Below, one piece after another: positions 52,033-64,000 of a stretch of 64,000 nucleotides of DNA (the first letter of the stretch is position 1; each line of letters opens with the position of its first letter). The translations under genes and the position numbers were made by a program. This stretch comes from Balanoglossus misakiensis (taxonomy: Eukaryota > Animalia > Hemichordata): positions 463,740 through 527,739 of the forward strand of contig CM082578.2 of the NCBI GenBank assembly GCA_040954595.2. Direction: 5' to 3'. The notes under the pieces are model-generated. The model was given only the letters and a program-made list of their open reading frames with translations, was not told the origin of the DNA and searched no databases.

Positions 52033-54883
52033 GCCAAAGCTGCTCGGATAGTGTAAATAGTGTAAATAGTATTTATTCATCAAATCAGAGTCAAGACAGA
52101 AGATGTGAAACTGTAAATAATTTACTTTGTATATGCACCAATGCAAGAAGTTTGATCAACAAACTGGAAGACTTGGAATCTATGGCTGCAGAAATAAATC
52201 CAGATATAATTGCAGTAACTGAGTCCTGGGCAAATGAAAGTTATTCTGATGCTGAGCTAACTCTCCAAGGTTATAATATGTTGAGGAAAGACAGAACAAA
52301 TAGACGGGGAGGGGGAGTAATTTTGTATATAAAGAACAAGTACACTGTCTTACCAAGAGACGATTTGTCCAATTTTGGCTTCCAAGAAAGTATATGGGGC
52401 GAGATAATGTGTGGTGATGGAGATAGCTTACTTGTTGGAGTATGTTATCGTAGCCCGAACTCTGATAGCAGTAACAACGCTGAACTCGTGAGACTATTAA
52501 ATGCTGCAAGTACACAGCGTGTTCTGTGTATGGGTGATTTTAATTATCCGTCCATAGACTGGCAGAGGCAATCTGCAGGAACTAAAGATAGCCAGGAGTT
52601 TCTGGATGCTGTACAAGATTGTTTTTACACACAACATGTACTATTGCCTACAAGGGGAAGTCTATTCTTGACTTAGTGTTTACTACAGAGCCACAGATGA
52701 TAGATGATGTTGAAGTCAGGGAACATCTTGGGAACAGTGACCACTTAACTCTTGTTTGGAACACAACTGTAAACATACCTATTAAAGTTAAAGCGAGTCA
52801 CACGCTAAATTATAATAGGGCAGACTACAAAGGAATGAAGGAACATTTAAAGCACATAAATTGGGAAGAAACTTTCAGGGAAATCAACGTAGAGCAATGC
52901 TGGGATAAACTGATAAATGTTATCAATGAAACTGTGACTAAATTTACACCCCAGCAGTATAAGAAGAAAAGAAATCAACCATTGTGGATTAACAAGAAGG
53001 TACTAAAGAAAATTAGGAAGAAATATAATGCTTGGAAAAGATATACACAATCAAAAGACTATAGTGACTTTGTTAGTTACAAGCATGCACAGAGAGAAAC
53101 GTGTCAAGAAATCCGTACAGCAAAACGACTCTTTGAAAAGGAACTTTGTAAGAATATTAAGAAGGATCCAAAAAGCTACTATGCCTACATAAGGAAGAAA
53201 CAGAAAACTAGGGACACAGTTGGACCACTGAAGGATGATTCCGGTGAAACAGTAGTTACAGATAAGGCTATGGCTGAGTTACTAAATAACTTCTTTGCAT
53301 CTGTGTTCACAAGGGAGGATCTAAGCAATATTCCACAACCTGAACAGATAATTAGTGACACTGACAAATTTCTATCAGATATCATAGTAACACAAGAAGA
53401 TGTACTCAAGCTACTGAGAAAGTTAAATCCCATTAAAACGCCAGGGCCAGATAATATTCATCCAAAGGTACTGAGAGAACTGGCAGAAGAGCTAGCTTGG
53501 CCAATCACAGTCATTTTCAATGCAACACTACAACAAGGAACAGTTCCAGAAGTATGGAAGAAAGCCAACGTCACACCAATATACAAAAAAGGGCCCAAGT
53601 GCAAAACTGGAAACTACAGACCTGTAAGTCTAACCTCAATCCTGTGTAAGCTATTTGAGACACTAATTAGGAATGCCATTGTGGACCACTTGGAGACAAA
53701 CAAACTGATAAAGGATAGTCAGCATGGTTTCAGGAAAGGGTTATCTTGTGTGACAAATCTACTGGTGTTCTTCGAATATGTTACTAAATCTGTGGATGAG
53801 GGAAACCCAGTCGACATAGCCTACCTGGATTTCAGTAAAGCTTTTGACAAGGTCCCACACACCAGGTTGGTGGCTAAACTAGAAGCTCATGGCATCGTCG
53901 GTAAAATTAAGTCATGGATACAGAATTGGTTAGATGGAAGAGCACAGCGAACAGTATTAAATGGTTCAGCATCTATGTGGTCTACAGTTACAAGTGGTGT
54001 CCCACAGGGGTCCGTGCTCGGTCCCATCTTATTCCTGATTTATATTAATGACATTGACGATGCTGTAAAGTCAGTGATCCTTAAGTTTGCTGATGACACT
54101 AAACTTGGCAGAATTGTTAGGAATCAGGAGGACAAGGAGAAATTCCAGAAAGATCTTGACAACCTTGAAGCTTGGTCGGAGGAATGGCAGATGTCATTTA
54201 ATGTTGACAAATGTAAGGTAATGCATGTGGGATCAACAAATCCATCATTTAACTACACCATGAATAATAAAGCACTCACTCCAGTTGAAGAGGAAAAGGA
54301 TCTGGGGGTGCTTATTCATAATTCCATGAAGACAAGTCGACACTGTGCTGAAGCAGTAAAGAAAGCAAATAGAGCCCTTGGAGTTATTAAAAGGAATATA
54401 AAGTACAAGACAAAGTTCAATATTATGCAACTATACAAGTCACTGGTTAGACCCCACATTGAATATGCTGTACAATACTGGAACCCACACTATACTAAGG
54501 ATGTTGAATTAGTCGAAAAAGTACAACGAAGAGCAACAAAACTGATACCAGAGCTTAGCCATCTCAGTTATGAATCCAGGTTAAAAGAACTTAAACTGAC
54601 AACTTTAGAAGAAAGAAGAACAAGAGGGGACTTGATACAAGTATTCAGGATTGTGAGAGGAATAGATAGAGTTTCCCCAGACGTACTGTTCACATTCAGT
54701 CAACATCACAGGACAAGGGGGCACTCACTTAAATTAGCAAAATCATGCTTTCGCCTGGACTGCAGGAAATTCTTCTTCACCCAACGGATTATAGCTGAAT
54801 GGAACAAACTACCTACACATATTGTTGATGCTAAAACTGTTCTGGACTTCAAAATAAGACTTGACAGCTACAAAGGACAATGA
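52029..54883 (+). CDS. CR1 ORF2 (APE + RT), one frameshift near 52655
   Basis: TNARSL, VTESW, GDFN, then ILDLVF, SDH, NYRPVSLTS, QHGF, DFSKAFD, GVPQGSVLGP, FADD. One extra G in the GGGG run restores TRGKSILDL. Confidence 0.92.
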
Positions 54884-55222
54884 GGGATTATATAAGCCAA
54901 AAGGCTTCCTTCCCTGACTGGCCATGATTTAAATCATGGCAATCAAGATAAATCAAGATAAAAAATCTCTGGAAATCGTGCGCGGTGCGAAGAAGCAAAG
55001 ATGTGTACGACGTACTATTGTTCGCAGGGCCAGACAGGTGGCCGTTGAGCGTCGTTCATCGGCCGTTGCGACAGGAAGTTCCTAATCACTCCCTAATACA
55101 CACCTGACCCTCCAGATCACTCTACAATGAAGTGTTAAATACTGACAGGAAATGCCATGCAAATTACCCTCCGTTTTCGACTACCCTGGGCATGAGCAAC
55201 TGCATATAAACAGTGTGGTGAG

Positions 55223-58200
55223 ATGGCTACAATCAGTATACCCATTCTGCGGTACAGCGAAGAAGACTTGGCAACTGAGATGACCGTGAAAAGGCATTGG
55301 TGGTTTGTGGAAGGTGAGAAAGAGAACGAAGTTTTCGTGCATGTCACGGACCCAAAAAAGAGTGGTGCAAATGGCAAGGTTGGACACCGGCTGACGAAAG
55401 GTGGTCGTGGGCAAGACGCAAAAGAACCAACTTCTGCTGTTGTGAAGTTGGAAATGGACGTCAAAAACAGAAACAGCCTTGGACAAGTTGGCATCAAGGT
55501 TAGTCTTGTTGTTCCAGTTACTCTCGTATTCATGGAAGTATGAGTTTGTACATATGTATGTGTGTGTGTGTGTGTGTGGAGGGGGGGGGGGCTCATACGT
55601 TTGTCTCCAGAAATGTGTTTGGTAGGAAGGGTTGTACCAGTAGATTTGATATGGCTAATCTTCAACTCCACTGTGTGATAGTGATACTTGTTAGTAAATA
55701 GTTAGACATATGATTCATAAGTATTGATTTTCAGGGTTGTTTTGTCATTGCATTGACGCAGTTGTTTGTTTTCTCTTCAGATACATTTTGAGACTCAGCG
55801 CCATACTTTCTATCGTCAAGAATTTGAGTGGCATCGAAATGACTTCTGTCGCAACTTTCGAGACATAACAGTTGCAGCTGACTTTGTAACAAAATACAGG
55901 GAACTAGTGAGCAGTGCCAGTGAGCATCCAGAAGAGCTGACACCAATTGAGCAAGCGGATGTTACTATGGAAACAGTTTCATCAGTATCTGACAGTGAGT
56001 CTCCACCTCGCAGGACATCAAGCAGTCAAAGTAGCCCTACCAGTAGCACATCAGGCAGTCCCACTGGAAGTAGATCTGTGTCTCCTGATCCTATCAACAC
56101 AGGCAGTCCCACTGGAAGTAGATCTGTGTCTCCTGATCCTATCAACAGTTCTAACAACATTTGGTAAGTTATGAGGAAAATCAGTACTTCCTATGTAAGT
56201 CGTTTGTATAACCAGGCGTGTGTGAAGCTGAAATCGTACTTGTCAATTATTTGGGTACAGGGGTTTAATTTTGAATGGCACCAACAGAAGGGAATTGTGT
56301 TTTGATGACAAGCTTCATGTCAATGACAATTTTTATATAGAGCTGTGAAATTAGAAAGACTTGGCAAGTTCATGGGTATAACTTTGTCCTTGGTAATTGA
56401 ATGTTTTTACAATAATGAAATTTAACAAATCCTCTATGTCAGTTTCTGGATGATCCAACCTAGAATCATACAATATCCTGTAATAGGAAAGGAAACTACA
56501 AAATATAAGCAAAAAATACTTACACTGAAGTAGGCTTAGGACAGTGATTCAGAGGGGTGGGGAGTGAATAATTTAGCTTCACGGAAATTGAGGATGAACT
56601 GACTCGTCAGGAATATGCTTGGAGCTTTTACTATCCCGTTACCCTCTGCCTTCTCCTGTTAGAACATTCTGCCAATTGTATTGAACTTTATAAGCTGAAT
56701 AGAAGCACAGGTGCTTGTACTGTTTACTTATATGCATTTTTTATTATGTCTTATCTCCTTAGTATACGTGTAGGTACCGGCAAGAAACAAAACAAGAAGA
56801 AACGACCAAAAAGTGGCGACAGTATACCAGATTTGACAAAGAAGAGGAGAAAGGGATCACCTGCTTGTGAAGTTGAAGCAGACATTTCTATGCAGCAGCT
56901 TGTTGAAAGCCATGCGATTCCTGGTGAGGATGTTTTTAAAGCTTGGGTGTCACATAGACTGTCTGGTTGTCAGTGATTCATAATATATTTGTCGAAATTA
57001 ATACAAGGACATAAACTTGCATCATACTTATAATGCATGTCAATTTTTGTTGCGGTATGTCGGTTTCAATATGATTTCTGCATAAGCACATCGATTTATT
57101 TTATTTTATGATACAATCCAGTCACACTTATTAATGATTGCCAAAGAACAATACATACATGTGTTTTTAAATTTTGTTTCATGTCCATTACATTATTTTA
57201 AGATTTGGATTTGGCAAGACTTGAGGGGCTCCAAAATAAGACTATTGCTAACATTTCTGCTAAAATGGCTGGGGATCTCTTGTGAGATCTGCCAGGGTAT
57301 TTCCACAATCATAGTGAGTGTCATTGTTCATCTTTTTTTTCTGTTTCATCTGAAGGTATTTCAAGCATTCACATATGCAATTTGCACCTGGGCAAACAAG
57401 TACGGGACGTCGACAACTATTTCGTGAAACAACTTGTTGACAGTATGGAAAAGTTCACCGACGACTCCTACATTCCATATATAGTCATGGTGGATGTTGA
57501 GAAGAACAAATTTAATAAGAATAATGTAAGTATGAGCAACTGCTGCGAATGCGAAAAAAACAGTACTTTTCATTAAATGCAGCATTGACAAGTTTCAATA
57601 ATCTGCTACATCAAAGGTTTTTCTACTATTATAAAAGCTAATTGTTTAGGTCCATCTATTCATGTAACACAAAAATTATTCAGAGATGTTGAATATAATC
57701 TTACAGCAGATGTAATGTTCATAATATAAGTCATAATAATTTATTTTATTATACATCTAGTGCCGAGAACAATAGATTTTGGCGTGCAATAAAAAGCCGT
57801 ACGGAACGGTACGTACGGAACGCGCGTTAAATAAGCCTTAGTTTCAAGGCGCCCCAAACTCACCGTGTACCAGGTATGCGTTGTTATGCGGACGGTTTCA
57901 AGGCGCCCGCATTCCAACGCACGCGCACGTACGTAAACAAAAAAGAAAGATGGCTGCTCACTGAGCGGTTTTCGATCGATTGTATCGGCATTTAGGGCGT
58001 TTTGAAAGCCAAGTAACATGCAAAACAAGAACTATCGGAGATGTAAGATGTATAATAATAAGGTTATTACGAAAATACCGCAAAGTATGCACTCGGACAT
58101 TAGCGCAGCGCATCGCCCTCCGCTACGCGTCGGGCGATACTCAGCGCTAATGTCCTCGTGCATACTTTGCGGTATTTTCGTAATAACCTCATAGTATATT

Positions 58201-58854
58201 TTCCAGGTGAATGGATATAAATATAGTATTCTCGGAGGCCAGCATAACTTTACAGCCACGAAGCAAATGAGTGACAAATACAAAGATCGACCCCTTTTTA
58301 AAGCAAGAAATTGCAAAATTTATTGTAATCTGCCAGAAGAGGCAGCGATGTGGGTATCCAACAGACACAATGATATTCAGCACCTGGTACACCGGATCAG
58401 CACAAGAGAGAAGGTGAGAAATTGCAAAGTATATATAACTTGGTCGTTGAAGCTTTGATTACAACAGTTTTTACTGTCATGGAGTAATTTCTTCACTTTT
58501 TTCATGAAGTTCTCATGCCCCATTATTGACTGGTGATGGCAATGGTGTAATAGGATGGCTTTTACTACAGGCTACATGTATTTTTTCTTCTAACAGGCAC
58601 GAACACGCTGTTTTTTTTATATACAAGGATCCAAATTTAATTTTGGTAGTAACATTTCAGGGGATGACATTTCAGGGGGTGACTTGATCTTATCACTGCA
58701 TTATCAAATATCATATAGTTATGCAAAAAGAAGTATGCCATTACACTTTGTGTTTCATTACTTTCATTAGGTCCAGTTGTGCCGTGACAGGTTACTATCT
58801 GCAAATACAGCTTCAGAAGAGTGGAAGAAGTCCTGTAAGAATATCTTACAACAG
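55223..58854 (+). CDS. Spliced gene encoding a ParB/Srx-like domain protein (3' end not seen)
   Basis: Six phase-compatible GT-AG exons with no stop: 55223-55537, 55781-56163, 56763-56923, 57356-57525, 58207-58413, 58771-58854. Ser-rich linker, NLS-like KKKRPK/KKRRK, then QVRDVD.YFVKQLVDSM..PYIVMV..YSILGGQHNFTA..RHN..STREK. Confidence 0.72.
57741..58189. mobile_element. Intronic non-autonomous element with a long terminal fold-back (possibly Crypton-like)
   Basis: Palindrome 58061-58189 (AGGTTATTACGAAAATACCGCAAAGTATGCAC and its complement). Inverted repeat TTATTATACATCT at 57746-57758 and 58046-58058. Confidence 0.65.
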
Positions 58855-59658
58855 GTAATGATATAATTTGCATTATTATTTTATGATTATTATTGGTCTG
58901 ACTGACTTATAATTCAAGTACATTATAATCAGATTTATTACTCAAGTTGGTAATGTAGCAACAAAGATGCACCCTTATGGATATCTATATTTTAGGGAGG
59001 TTTTTGTTCCTTTTTGAGTTCTTATTGCCTTGACAATTGCAACAATCTAAGTCAGTTAAATTGGGTAAAATGTATTGTAAATTATGGTTAAGATTGCATG
59101 TTTGTAGTTTGGGGCATTTTTAACCTTGCTTAACTACTCTCTGTTCAAGTAGCTTGTCTCAAAGCTGTTATGTTTGATTGTACAGTTGTAAATATGTTGT
59201 GTTCATTTCTATGGCATAAATACCATACCTTTGATCCAACCTATAGCCTAATATATCTCGCCCTCTAACGACCGCTGAGATAAAAAAACTTTCCCCTGAT
59301 TACGTCATACTCACCGAGTACATATAACACCTGTCCAGCCGTGAATATTCAGTATTATTATCTCAGCACGAGACAGCGGACATCTTCTCTCTTGAGGTGT
59401 TGGATTTTTGTCAAGAAGTGCTCAGCCCTTCGACCATTGCTGCTTTTCGCCTGAGGTTTTTCGATTGGGGAAGTAGATAAGTAACGACTTATTTTCTAAA
59501 CTGCTTGCTAGTGTTATTTTGGCACTTGCAAAGTTTGTTTTTCGGATTTTTCCCGCACGTGTACGGGTCAGTGTGTAGGGCTTCTGCGGTATTGTCTTTT
59601 CATATAGCCTTCAGAAGCCATTTTTGCCCGTGCATTTTTTCGTGTTTTCACTGGAACC

Positions 59659-61410
59659 ATGACGGAGAGAGTTTCTGACACCGCGTCGCGGTCGTCTTCT
59701 CGTACTCCTTCGGAAATAGAAGACTCTCAACTGCCTATTCCGGGTCAAGCTTTCCATTCAGCGCACTCTGAAGAGCCTGATGTTTTTTCTGAGTTAGCTA
59801 GGGGGTCATCCCAAGATGGCGGCCATGCTTCTGCTAGGGCTTCGCTCGCTTCGAAGCGATCCAAGTTGGATTCATCAGCTGCTAGGACGGTTGCAGAAAC
59901 TCCTGTTTTGCCGGTTTCTTCCTTTTTGGATGCAGCAGTTCCGGGTCCGTCTCATTTGGGAGGTGTTTCATCGGCGCAAACTGTTCAGTCAGGTGTTTGG
60001 CCGAATTATGCAGGTATGTCTTCTAGGTATTTTCATACGGTTCCTACCTCCGTCTTGGCTAATCCAGTGCCTTCGACGTCCATAGGTAGTGCCGGTAGTG
60101 TGTGGGGAGGGCTTCACGGCCCACCCCCTATGTGTGTACCAGACCAATTAGCTTCGGGAGTCGCTTAGGCTGGTGGGAATTTTCCCCCTCCGGGCTTCCA
60201 ACAGTCGTGGGGTTTCCCATGGACTTGTCCTCCCTCTAATTTGGCGGCACCACTTCAGTCCACAAGCTGGGGTATGCCTGCTCAAGCTAATCGGGTCTCT
60301 GTGTCGGGCCAAAATCCTGTGCACAGTGGTCACACTGTCCCTGCCCCTCCTATTTCCTCCTTCGATGTTTCACAATCGGAGTCAGAGGGGCAGGATGAGG
60401 ACGAAGACAATTTGTCCGATCAAGAGGAAACTAGTCGCGCCAGTCAATGGGCTGACGCGGTTATGCTAGTGTATAATACTGTACCCCCTGAGGAATGTCC
60501 CCCACCCACTGCTGAAGTGTCGGCAGAACAGCTGACGGCTTCTTTTGAACATGTGTTGGGTAAGGCAGCTGATCCGGTACACCGAAAGCTACCTTTTATT
60601 CCTCGTCTGTCGTCTCTGATAGACACGGTACATGCCGAGATTAACGGCACCAGGGACTTTTGTTACACTGCTAACAAGAAACCTCGTTGTTACCCTCAAG
60701 GGATGCCAAGTCATGTTTTCCCATTGGTGTCTAGACCTCAGGGTAGTCGCGTGTTTGATCTTACACGTGGACCATTCTACCACTCTTCACCAGCGGTTGA
60801 TGAATCCGCAAAGCAGTTGGTAAGAAATAAAGAGGTTTTGAGGAATTATGTGATTAGGGCTGAGGATTTTGCCCGCTTAGAGGCAACTACTCGTCTTTCC
60901 GCAAGGATCTCTAATTGCACTTTTCTGTTACTCTCAGCTTTAAGCAGAGAGCTTAAACCCATGCAGGAGGGTGAATCTACTCCTCAGATAGCAGAAAATT
61001 GGCAGCATGCCAAACTGTTGTTAACTGAAGCCGCTAAGGCTGTGGTTTATCAAGCAGAATTGAATTCTCGTATGGCAGCGTCTCAAGTGTTGATGACGCG
61101 TGACCATCTTATCAGTCATCTTCCTTTGGAAAGGGAGGCAGCTCGTACTGCCCGTCTTCTCCCATGGTCAGGTCCATTGGTTTTTAATGGGCAATTTGAT
61201 GCTGTTCTTAGAACAAATGAGGAGTTGCTTAAGCAGAAGTTGGCTGTAGAACAGTTAGCAGTAGCACAGGCTCAGTCTTCTGTCTCTGGGTCAAAGTTCA
61301 CCGGCAAATGGAAGTTTGCTAGGAAGAGACCATTTAACAAGCAAAGGAAGGGTCAGCCCTTTCGTCAGCAGGCTAAGCCCCCCAAAGGGGCTAGCAGCCA
61401 GCACAAGTGA
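59659..61410 (+). CDS. DIRS ORF1 (gag-like), one in-frame TAG at 60166-60168
   Basis: ORFs 59659-60168 and 60241-61410 share a frame; the ORF lies upstream of and overlaps pol. Confidence 0.7.
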
Positions 61411-63505
61411 CTACACAAGTCAGGACAAAGGGGTAATGGGGTCACAATCTGTGACTATGCCCCAGACACCATTGCCACAGGTAGCAGTTGGGGGTCGTCT
61501 GAAACATTTTGCCCAGGAATGGCAGAAAATTACAGACGACCAAACAGTCTTCTCTTTAGTTTCGGAAGGGGTTCGTCTGTTCTTCAGGACGTTTCCACCC
61601 CTTTCGTTGTATCCTCCAAGTCATTTGGTATCGCACCCTTCCCCTCCTATGTGGAGGGCCATACAGGGGCTGTTGGAAAAAGGGGCCATTCAAAAGGTCC
61701 CTTTACCAGTTCAGGATACGGGGTTTTTCAGTCGTGTTTTCCTTATTCAAAGGAAATCACAGGGATGGAGACCCATTTTGGACCTGAGCGTGCTCAATCA
61801 GTACATTATAATCGAGTCTTTCCGTATGGAGACCACTCGAACTATTCGTCAGGCTCTCTCCACGGGAGATTGGGCAACGACGATAGACTTGCAGGACGCT
61901 TATTTCCACATTCCTATCCATGCTCACTTCCAGAGGTACTTTCGCTTTGCGATAGGGAGCAAACTGTTCCAGTTTGTGGCTCTTCCGTTCGGTTTGGCCA
62001 CTGCCCCGGCTATTTTTACACGGGTAGTAGGGGCGTTGATGGCTTTTCTTCATTCCCGAGCAGTACAAGCCAATCCATACCTGGACGACTGGTTGCTACA
62101 CAATTCCAGTTTCCAGTTGACACTGGCAGACACACAAACCACACTACGGGAGACCGTTCGTGTGGGGTTCATTCCGAGCACAGATAAGTCTTGTCTAATC
62201 CCCTCACAGAGGATCCAGTTCATTGGCATGGTCATGGATCTGTCCAAGGGTTTAGTTTTCCCTACGGAGGAAAACTTGTTGAAATTAGAACAACAAGTGC
62301 ATCGGATCAGTTCAGAGTCCATGGTCCAAGCACGCACATTGCTCAGCATCCTGGGTCGCATGAACTTTCTAGCCGAGGCAATACCTTTAGGCAGACTACA
62401 TATGAGGCCAATTCAACTGTTCCTGTTGGCTCATTGGAGGCCGGTATCCGGTCAGTTGACAGACCTTATTCAGGTAAAGCCACCTCTAGTTTCACACCTG
62501 CAATGGTGGCTAGACAGGGGGAATACTCTCGAGGGAAATCCCCTAGTATCCCCGTTGGCGACGGTGTCACTGTTTGTGGACGCATCTCTCCAAGGGTGGG
62601 GTGCACACTTGGGAGACAGGACAATTTCAGGGATATGGTCAGTCGACCAGTCAGTGCGGCACATAAATTGGTTGGAAATGAAGGCAGTACAGTATGCACT
62701 TCTCCACTTTCACCAAGACATTTGCGGCAAGGTGATTCTGATCAGGTCAGACAACACCACAGTAGTCGCATTTATAAATCACCAGGGCGGCACCAGATCA
62801 CCCAGCCTGTGTTATCTGGTATGGGACATGCTGAATTGGTGCCAGGCGAACAGCATCACGCTGAAAGCACTCCACGTTCAGGGCACAAGCAACATTCTGG
62901 CAGATGCTCTATCACGGGACAAGTTATATCCACTAGAGTGCGCTCTACGGCAACCGCTAGTAGAGCAGATTTGTCTGATTTGGGACAGGCCCCACGTAGA
63001 CCTATTTGCGACAGCCAAGAATCGCAAGTTCCCGATTTACGCGTCACTAAGGTCGGAACCACAAGCACTAGCATGCGACGCTCTGTCAATCAGCTGGAAG
63101 GGAATGTTGGCATATGCATTTCCCCCACTACCGTTGATCTCCAGGGTAATTTCCAAGGTAGCACACGAAGAATGCGAAATACTTCTAGTTGCACCACTAT
63201 GGCCAACACGTCCTTGGTTTCCAAGACTACTCCAGTTACTGGTGGACTGTCCACTGACATTACCACACAATTGCATGGAGGAGACTGTTCGGCTGCCTCC
63301 GGTAGCACAACACCTTCACCTCCACGCTTGGAGACTATCAAGCTCAGTTTGCAGGCAAGAGGCTTTTCTGCAGAAGCTGCCTCGCGCATCGCACAACGCC
63401 GACGAGCATCCACCACGGCAGCATATGATTCAAAGTGGTGTTCCTTTCGTCATTGGTGTGAGAAAAGGTCGATTGATTTTCTCAGACCCACGCCTCCTCA
63501 GCTAG
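61316..63505 (+). CDS. DIRS pol: RT, RNase H and C-terminal methyltransferase-like domain
   Basis: VGGRL, WRPILDL, IDLQDAYFHI, LPFGL, YLDD; DAS.GWG, HINWLE, SDN, N.LADALSR; DLFA, YAFPP, PLWP.RPWF. Confidence 0.93.
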   Translation: MLGRDHLTSKGRVSPFVSRLSPPKGLAASTSDYTSQDKGVMGSQSVTMPQTPLPQVAVGGRLKHFAQEWQKITDDQTVFSLVSEGVRLFFRTFPPLSLYPPSHLVSHPSPPMWRAIQGLLEKGAIQKVPLPVQDTGFFSRVFLIQRKSQGWRPILDLSVLNQYIIIESFRMETTRTIRQALSTGDWATTIDLQDAYFHIPIHAHFQRYFRFAIGSKLFQFVALPFGLATAPAIFTRVVGALMAFLHSRAVQANPYLDDWLLHNSSFQLTLADTQTTLRETVRVGFIPSTDKSCLIPSQRIQFIGMVMDLSKGLVFPTEENLLKLEQQVHRISSESMVQARTLLSILGRMNFLAEAIPLGRLHMRPIQLFLLAHWRPVSGQLTDLIQVKPPLVSHLQWWLDRGNTLEGNPLVSPLATVSLFVDASLQGWGAHLGDRTISGIWSVDQSVRHINWLEMKAVQYALLHFHQDICGKVILIRSDNTTVVAFINHQGGTRSPSLCYLVWDMLNWCQANSITLKALHVQGTSNILADALSRDKLYPLECALRQPLVEQICLIWDRPHVDLFATAKNRKFPIYASLRSEPQALACDALSISWKGMLAYAFPPLPLISRVISKVAHEECEILLVAPLWPTRPWFPRLLQLLVDCPLTLPHNCMEETVRLPPVAQHLHLHAWRLSSSVCRQEAFLQKLPRASHNADEHPPRQHMIQSGVPFVIGVRKGRLIFSDPRLLS

Positions 63506-64000
63506 CAGATTTTTTCCTCTACTTGTTTAGGGAGAAAAAGACAGCAGTGAGCACTATTAAGGCGTACCGTTCAGCTATAGGTAACACACTTCGATTGTTG
63601 GGTGAGGAAGTTACTACCCTGGACGGGTCTATTTCTGCTTTGATTAGTAATTTCTCTTTGGCGCGACCAGTTGTAAAGTCACTGGTTCCCCAGTGGAGTT
63701 TATCTTTGGTTCTACATGCTTTATTAGGAGCTCCATTTGAACCTTTGCAAACAGCAGAGATGAAGTTCTTGACGTACAAGACTGTTTTTCTTTTGGCATT
63801 AGCTACGGCAGGTCGCCGTAGTGAGCTTCATGCCCTGTCTATGGCTTCAGCTCATATTCGTTGGTCAGCAGACAGTGTCACTTTGCTTACTGACCCAGCT
63901 TTCTTGGCAAAGAATCGGATTGCGGATCTGCCACAATCGCCTCTGGTTATTCCGAAACTGACGAAGTTAGTCGGTCAGCGTTCAGAGGATAGGTTGCTCT
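62188..64000 (+). CDS. DIRS tyrosine recombinase (overlaps pol; incomplete)
   Basis: Frame +1 is open from 62188 through the recombinase motifs: STTAAYDSKW, TIKAYRSAI, VPQWSLSLVL, PFEPL, KTVFLLALATAGRRSELHAL. It is absent from the ORF track, presumably because it reaches the window edge. Confidence 0.9.

Larger units (their letters stand above)
50932..54965 (+). mobile_element. Near full-length CR1 LINE
   Basis: ORF1 and ORF2 present. 3' hairpin GCCATGATTTAAATCATGGC and an (AATCAAGATA)2 tail. The 5' boundary is approximate. Confidence 0.9.
59206..64000 (+). mobile_element. DIRS1-like tyrosine-recombinase retrotransposon (runs off window)
   Basis: gag-like, RT-RNaseH-MT and YR ORFs in the DIRS1 order. 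The 5' boundary is approximate. Confidence 0.92.

Noticed and set aside
56052-56147. 48-bp direct repeat in exon 2 of the ParB-like gene
   Set aside because: A simple in-frame duplication in a Ser-rich linker.

Overview
This is AT-rich animal (probably marine invertebrate) repeat-dense DNA, not prokaryotic, so most short ORFs in the supplied track are spurious. It has four parts. (1) Two paralogous, intron-rich Sola-type DDD-transposase-like genes face each other. Copy A (+, 1-6620) is killed by an L2 LINE inserted in an exon and by a nonsense codon. Copy B (-, 49196-40841) is complete apart from two 1-nt slips. (2) Between them lie a 39-bp hairpin minisatellite and an ~18-kb array of a ~2.05-kb higher-order macrosatellite, which resumes at 38.6-39.9 kb. 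(3) A ~10.7-kb nested island interrupts that array. It holds a TIR element, a Penelope-like element with a G3:C8 hammerhead ribozyme, a Tx1/Keno-like element fused to the 5' end of a U2 snRNA gene, Helentron-like and MITE elements, and fold-back hairpin elements. (4) Head-to-head with copy B, separated by a near full-length CR1 LINE, is a spliced gene encoding a ParB/Srx-like domain; a DIRS1-like retrotransposon follows and runs off the window. The best candidate for a new system is the divergent pair of the Sola-like transposase and the ParB-like gene, possibly the core of a large multi-gene DNA transposon. Exon boundaries were read by eye and family assignments rest on motif recognition, not database searches.
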